Shown here piece after piece: positions 51,136-57,096 of a stretch of 57,096 bases of DNA (the first letter of the stretch is position 1; each line of letters begins with the position of its first letter). The DNA comes from Guillardia theta CCMP2712 (lineage: Eukaryota; Protista; Cryptophyta), in contig NW_005434673.1 of NCBI RefSeq assembly GCF_000315625.1, positions 704,002 to 761,097 of the forward strand, written 5' to 3'. Position numbers and translations under genes: made by a program. Below the pieces are notes generated by a model, which saw only the letters and a program-made list of their open reading frames with translations, searched no databases and was not told the origin of the DNA.

Positions 51136-51659
51136 GCTCTTGATCATACCACTCGTTTGAGTACACCACTCTGGGTACTGGCTGCTCGCTCTCAATCTCT
51201 ATCCTTGACGCTTCAACCACGAGCACGTTATTCTCCATACCATCCTTGTCCTTCTGTATGCAGCCGTCAAACGAACCGACACGCGGTAGGGTCAAACCTT
51301 GACGTCAAAGCTTGGATCACACAGCCACTGCTCATCAGCTACAAACTTGAACTGCCACTCGGGTCAACCAGAGGCAGCCAACGTCCTCCACCCACCTGAT
51401 ACTCTCCCGGGGGCAGCGCAAGCTCCTTCCTCCAGATCTTCTGGTTGGGGTCGACTAGCTGCATCTCGATCGGCCGCCAGTCGTTCCAGCTTCCTCGGAT
51501 CTCACACCTCTTGACGTGGCTGCCGAGACGGAGGTCGATGCTCTTCTTCACTAGGCCATGGAACTCCTGCTCTCCTCCCCGCAGCACCAGCAAGCCACTC
51601 ATGTGGTGCACTAACGTGGCGCTCACACCGAGGAAGAGCAAAGACGCGTACAGGTTCAT
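50090..51659 (-). CDS. CBM48 (AMPK-beta-like starch/glycogen-binding) + coiled-coil protein with signal peptide
   Basis: EIRGSWNDW...LALPPGEYQ|FKFVADEQWLCDP...DKDGMENNVL, followed by E/Q-rich heptads. Confidence 0.8.
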
Positions 51660-52686
51660 GCTTGAGGAGAAGACCGCACCACACTCAGAGAGATCAAGGG
51701 GAGTGCAAGCTGCCCGACTGATTTCAAAACAAGCGAAACTGCAAATAATGCGGTCAGCTAACCGGGCTTTGAATGAAATTGTGAATTTGCGCATGAAATA
51801 TAGACCCTTTCAAAGTATCAAAACCTCTCTATCTCTGCTGAAAGAGTCATCCTACACATAGGCAGCCCCAGACTCTTGATTCTCGCTCTGACTTCTTCCA
51901 TCCAGCTGAAATCCTCTCGTCCTTGTACACTATTTTACAGGTGCCGTAACAACGCTTGAGCTCTATCCTGCGGGGAATCTCGCTAAGACACAGGTTGAAT
52001 CTTGTCTTCAGTATTGTTTTTAATGTCAGACGTGATGATCGGGTAGATCCTTCTGCTTCAACACCCCTTAAAACCTCCTCAGTGTATCCTCGTCAATAGC
52101 ATAGAGGACTCAAGAAATGCAGGGAAGAATCTCCGCATCTTCATCGCATGGAGCGGGTTTTAATGACTCGTCTCCTCCTGGTCTATGTTTTCTTCAATTT
52201 TCATCCCTCAGTTCCTCGCTCTCTCATCCTCCTCTTCCCCTCTCCTTCTGCCTCCTCTTCGTCGCTACTGCATTCCTGGCGGCGTCCCTATATCCCCTCA
52301 GGGGGACCACCCCACCCCTCCACGTACCAGACCTACCCCCGTTTATCCTACAACCACAGAGGGGTAAGGTTGTACATCATAGGTTATGAGCCGAGGCCGC
52401 TACTTGCTGACCATCTTGAGCACTCAGTCACACGGTGGACTGCGGCCCGGCGGACTCCCGGCGATCCGTCCGTCACCCGGTGACCGGCGATACCAGTGAT
52501 ACCCGTTGACTCGCCACCGGTGACGAATCTGCTTGACGACGGCCGAGCCTCCGATTCAGGCTCGGACGGTTCGCCGCACCGGCGGCAGTCACGGACGGTC
52601 GCGCCCGGCCGGGTGACTCGCCGGTGCGGGCCCGGCCTGGCCCGCAGCCTGAGGTGACTCATGAGGGGGATGAAGGGGATGCATAA

Positions 52687-53342
52687 ATGATAAAGCAGTA
52701 TCGATATACTCGAAGGCAGTACTATCATGAGTCTCATATTACTCGGAATAACGCCAAGTTAGAAAAATGGAGACAAGGCATAACAGAAGAATCAAACGAT
52801 ATTGCAAGAGTGTCAGCAAAAACGTCTCGGTTGGATCACTATGAAAGATACATCGACACCGTGGTGAGACTAAGCGAGATCCTGTTCGAACACAATTCAT
52901 GATTGTCAAAACAAGTTCGCACGCCTGAAGATGGATAACTACATCCACAAACACAAGGCGATTGATACGTTCTTCAAGAAGATGAAAGGCAATGGTTCAG
53001 ATCAAAATCCAATAATTGCATATGGCGATGCATCATTCGGTTGTTGTAAAATGGATCAAAAGGCGATGTCAGAACTTCTTCGAGGTGACGGCAGTTGAGG
53101 AATACAGAACGACAAAATGTTGCAATCAATGTCATCAAGAATTGTATGATTTGAGACGCAAACAAATCAACAAGAATGGTATACTTGCTGACGAAGTGTC
53201 AGTTGTGCGGGGTTTGAAATGGTGCAGATCCACCAATTGTGTTCAAAACCGTATCAAGTCTCGTGATGTCAATGCTGCTATGAATATTCTATTGTGCTAC
53301 ATGTCTCTACCAGCACGACCAGATTTTCTGAAACGGCCTTGA
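52687..53342 (+). pseudogene. Second Fanzor relic, 5'-truncated, with two frameshifts
   Basis: YTRRQYYHES...; IIAYGDASF; VEEYRTTKCCNQC; VRGLKWCRSTNC; SRDVNAAMNIL; RPDFLKRP*. RuvC-I is absent. Confidence 0.92.
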
Positions 53343-53350
53343 ATCACACA

Positions 53351-53446
53351 TGGGTCTGGTTATACTTCAACCTGTTCTTCATAGAAAGGATCAAGTACGA
53401 GTCAGACACAAGGAAATATTGGCGCCGTGGGTCTTCCATGATCCAT
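53351..53446 (+). ncRNA. Candidate omegaRNA scaffold of the second Fanzor
   Basis: Long imperfect hairpin 53351-53410 and short hairpin 53427-53446 directly after the stop codon. Confidence 0.45.
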
Positions 53447-53847
53447 AATTTCGACGGAGAATTTAGAATTTTGAAATTTTATGTTTTGTGTCGTTTAGCT
53501 AATAAAGCGGTAAGATGGGGGCTGCGAAATGAGATGGGGAGGGGCGAGAGAGGAGGAGAGGGGGGGAGAGGAGAGGGAGGGAGTGCGAGCGAGGAGGAGA
53601 ACAAGCAAGAAGAGGAAGGGAAATGAACCTGGTGCTCAAGTAGGAGATAGAGGAGGAGAGTGCGCTGTGAATGCGCCATAGGTCACGGATCGTTCACTAT
53701 TTTCTTTCGAAATAGGTGGTAGTGGTTGCGAGGAGAGAGGAAGTGGCTTCGAGGAGAGAGCGACTCAAGTCCGGCATCGTATCCGCCTTCTCAATCTAAC
53801 TCATGCCTTGTGTTGCATTGAAGGTTCAAGATGCAGGCAGGAGAACT

Positions 53848-56289
53848 ATGAAGAGATACCCCGCAAACAAGTGGTAAAGACACCTGGTGTTTCGGCCATG
53901 CCCGGCATTGAAAGGTGAGAAGCAGCTACATGCGAGCACAGGCTCACTTACATGCAGACGTGTCTGATCGTCCTCATCGCACTCTCGTTCGCTGCCTCCA
54001 GCTCTTCCTGGGCATAGCCGTACCAGGGGTCACCATGAAGGCTTCGTGGATAGGAGCGTGTCCCTTCCGGAAACGTTGTGATCATGCGTGTCATAGCGGA
54101 GAGATGACGATGCCTCAGGGTCTTTCTTCCTCCAAGCCCTCCTCGGCGCCGTCACCCTCACTGTCGGCCATGAGAACCGCAAGTTCATTCGCTGGGACCC
54201 GATGCCTTCTGCCTTTGCTGCTCCCTCCTCCTCCAAGACAGCGTTCTGTCCTGCTCTTACTGGGAGAGCAGAGCAGCTGGCTTCGAGTTGTGCTCTTTCT
54301 GTTTCCCCCCGCCCTCGTCACCTCGCCTGCTCGCCTCCTCGTCAAGCTGCCATGAAGTGCTTGATCTACAGCATGGTCGCGCGCGAGAGGAGGAGGGAGC
54401 CGCTGCTGTCGTCGTCGTTTGTCGTCGTCGCCTCCAACGCCTGCACCTTCTGCTCAGCCAGCAAGGTCTTGCTTGCTGTCTCCTAGTCCACCTGAACCAG
54501 CACCAGGATGAGGCCGAGCGCGAGCTCTACCCCGACGACCTCACCAGTGAGGGGACGAGGGGGGCATGGGATGGCTGGCTTGACTGTCCTGCAGGAGAGC
54601 TGCTGGATGACCTGCAGGCCTGGGGCAGCAGCAGAGGGGGGAGAAGAGGATCGAAGTCGACGCAGAGAGAAGACGAGAGCGCCATCGCTTTCGTCGACGA
54701 AGTTTTGTCCTCGTCCCGTGCAGCCGGGGAACAGCTCAAGGAGGAGGAGGAGAAGGAGGAGGAGGAGGAGGAGAAGGAGGAGGAGCCTGCAGATGCTAGC
54801 GAGGCTTCAGAGGAGGAGGTGCCATGTGACGAGACTCTTTCTGTCGGTCCTGACGCCGAGCAGGAGGACTTTGAGCTCGAAGCGTTTGCAACTGTGGGCG
54901 GGAGGTATGACTCGGAGCTGTTGGCACTGCGAAGGGTATCGATCCTTTATCCTTCATTTTCTTCTCCCTTCCCTTCCGTCTGCTTCTTCCTGTCTTCCCT
55001 TCCCTTCCCTTCCCTTCCCTTCCCTTCCCTTCCCTTCCCTTCCCTTCCCTTATTCCCTTCCCTTCTCGCTCTCCTTCTCGACCTCCTTCCCGTGTCCAGG
55101 GTCTTATGGGTATGGCAGGAGGAAGACCTGATCCTAGCAGCTCCGTTTCAGGAGGACCTGCAGCGTGTCCTGGTGAGGCCTCCTCGTCAGTTCTTGCTCG
55201 TCCTCACGTGGTGCAGGGGGGGATGGGCGCTGAGGAGCCATGGAAGGTCATCGCTAGTGAGAGCCTGGGGTAGGAGAAGCCGCCTCTGCTCCCCCTGACG
55301 ACCTGCAGGTCCAAGTCGTTCGGAAGGGAGTGGAGGAACGTGCTGACGAAACTGAACAAGGAGCTGAGGTGAGAGGGGAAGTTGCGACAGGGGAGGAGGC
55401 GAGGAGGGAGAGGCGAGGAGGGGGGACATCTTTTCGTCCTGACTTGTTTCTTCAGGATCCCCGGAAACAAGATTTCAGGCACGATGAAAATGAGGAGGAA
55501 GAGGGGGATGAGGAGGAGGCGGCAGGGGAGGAGGAAACGGGAAACAGAGGCGAAGGGAGGAGGAGGAGGCTCACAAAGTTTGCAGACATGATTACGCGCT
55601 TCTCGGGTCTCCTCGCCGTGAATCCTCAACGAATCGTGAGGAGGAGGAGGAGGAGGAGGAGGAGGAGGAGGAGGAGAATTTGTGATGTATCGGCAGGATG
55701 ACTTGAAAGCCCTTCTCACTGACCGCATGGAGTTGTCACTGAAGGTAATTGGAGCTAGGGAGACAATGGGGGAGGAGGACCAAGAAGGAGGGAGATGAGA
55801 AGTTGACGAGCTGTTGCAGGAAGTGCGCTACATCCTGTCTCGACGCCCTTCGCTGCTGTCGTACGAGGTGCCGCAAGAACAAGAGAGGGAGGGAAGAGAA
55901 CACGAGGAGGGAGGGAGGGAGAGGAGGCGGGGGGGGGGGGGGGATGTGGAGGAGGAAGTGGAAGGAAGGGTATGTATCTAACAGAATGTCAGGTTTGGGG
56001 AGAACGAGGATTCGAGGCCACGGTACAGGAGCTGCTCAAGGTGAGGAAGAGGATGAAGAAAGGATTCAGTTTGACTTTGAGTCAGCTCGGGATAAAGAAG
56101 AAGCATCTACAAATCGTCTTGATGAATTTCCCCGGTAACCTCCCTGAGCCTCTTGCTCCTCCTCTTGCTCCTCCTCTTGCTCCTCATCCTCCTCTTGCTC
56201 CTCATCCTCATCCTCTTGCTCCTCCTGCTCCTCATCCTCATCCTCTTGCTCCTCATCCTCTCGCTCCTCCTCATCCTCATCCTCTTGCT

Positions 56290-56343
<54 letters not shown>

Positions 56344-57096
56344 TCTCCTCCTCTTGTTCCTCATCCTCGTTGTCGTGCTCCTCCTCCTCGTTTCCTCTCT
56401 TCCCACCCTCCTCCTCCTCGTTTCCTCTCTTCCCACCCTCAGTCTTGTTACGTTATGATCTTTCAGGTGTCTTGACCGTCAAGCCGAAGACTATCATGAG
56501 GTTTGACTCAGTGGCTCCCCTCCTCCTCTCCTCCCATCATTTCCTTCTCTCTCTGCTCTGCTTCTCTCCCTCCCTCCCTCCCTCCCTCCCTCCTCCCTCC
56601 TCCCTCCTCCCTCCTCCCTCCTCCTTCCGCTTCCTCCCTTGCTCCTGATGTAAATCTCTTCTACAGCGTTGTCGACGTTCTCTGCGATGAGGATAGCGGT
56701 GGTCTGGACATCGAGAAGGTGAAAAGCCTCCTCCTCCCTTCCTCTTCCTCTTCCTCTTCCTCTTCTCTCTCGCCTCCCTCGTTCCCCCTCCTCGTTCTCG
56801 TCCTCTCCCTTCTGAAGTTCCCTCAGGACTTTCTGCCCCTCGTTCGCAAGGCTCCTTGGGTGCTTCTGTTCGACCCTTCGAGGTAAAGGAAGACGAGGAG
56901 GCAGAAGATAATCGCAGGAGGGGAGGAGCAGAGGAGCGGAGGACGGAGCGAAGGGACTTGACTGTAGGAGCAGGGAAATCGAGCCAGTGGTCGAATGTCT
57001 CTTCTCACTAGAGGTAAAAAATATGCTTCACCTCCTCCTCTTCCTCCTCCTCCTCCTCCTCCTCCTCCTCCTCACTCATCATCATCATCATCATCA
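53848..57096 (+). CDS. Multi-exon gene with possible mTERF-like repeats; probably runs off the window
   Basis: Exon pieces LSQLGIKKKHLQIVLMNFP|GVLTVKPK and FLPLVRKAPWVLLFDP resemble mTERF repeats. Introns are filled with simple repeats. Confidence 0.35.

Noticed and set aside
52666-52700. Degenerate direct repeat GGGGATGCATAAATGA vs GGGGCTGCGAAATGA (~53518) flanking the second Fanzor
   Set aside because: Low complexity with mismatches and a gap, and no shared TAM-like word; too weak to claim.

Overview
Eukaryotic nuclear DNA, gene-dense, with many short (~45-60 nt) GT-AG and GC-AG introns, microsatellite-expanded introns and bipartite plastid-targeting leaders. This fits a cryptophyte such as Guillardia theta (inference). 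1-8.1 kb is a transposon nest: a Ty3/Gypsy chromovirus (573-6287; identical 228-bp LTRs, a -1 frameshift cassette, several inactivating lesions, no TSD) sits among scrambled fragments of an RLE-class non-LTR retrotransposon. The rest holds about 19 host genes (HEAT-repeat protein, DnaJ-type zinc finger, SerB, IQ-motif protein, WBP11, histidine phosphatase, KCNH-like channel, cyclin, DTW, TPR-USP, Vps39, HSF, GT34, proteasome alpha-6, H2A, MIF, kinase, CBM48 protein, possible mTERF). Three observations stand out. (i) There are two divergent Fanzor (eukaryotic TnpB) relics. The one at 16673-17070 is missed by the ORF track, contains an intron, is followed by a hairpin-rich candidate omegaRNA, and the whole unit is bounded by an exact 13-bp direct repeat TTAA-ACTGATGAT that looks like TAM plus guide target. 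(ii) Comparing homologous repeat copies reveals recurrent short palindromic micro-insertions, which may explain scrambled CCGG/GAGTC islands near promoters. (iii) A deubiquitinase and a starch-binding protein both carry a signal peptide followed by a ubiquitin-like LRGG motif. Boundaries of spliced genes were read by eye and are approximate.
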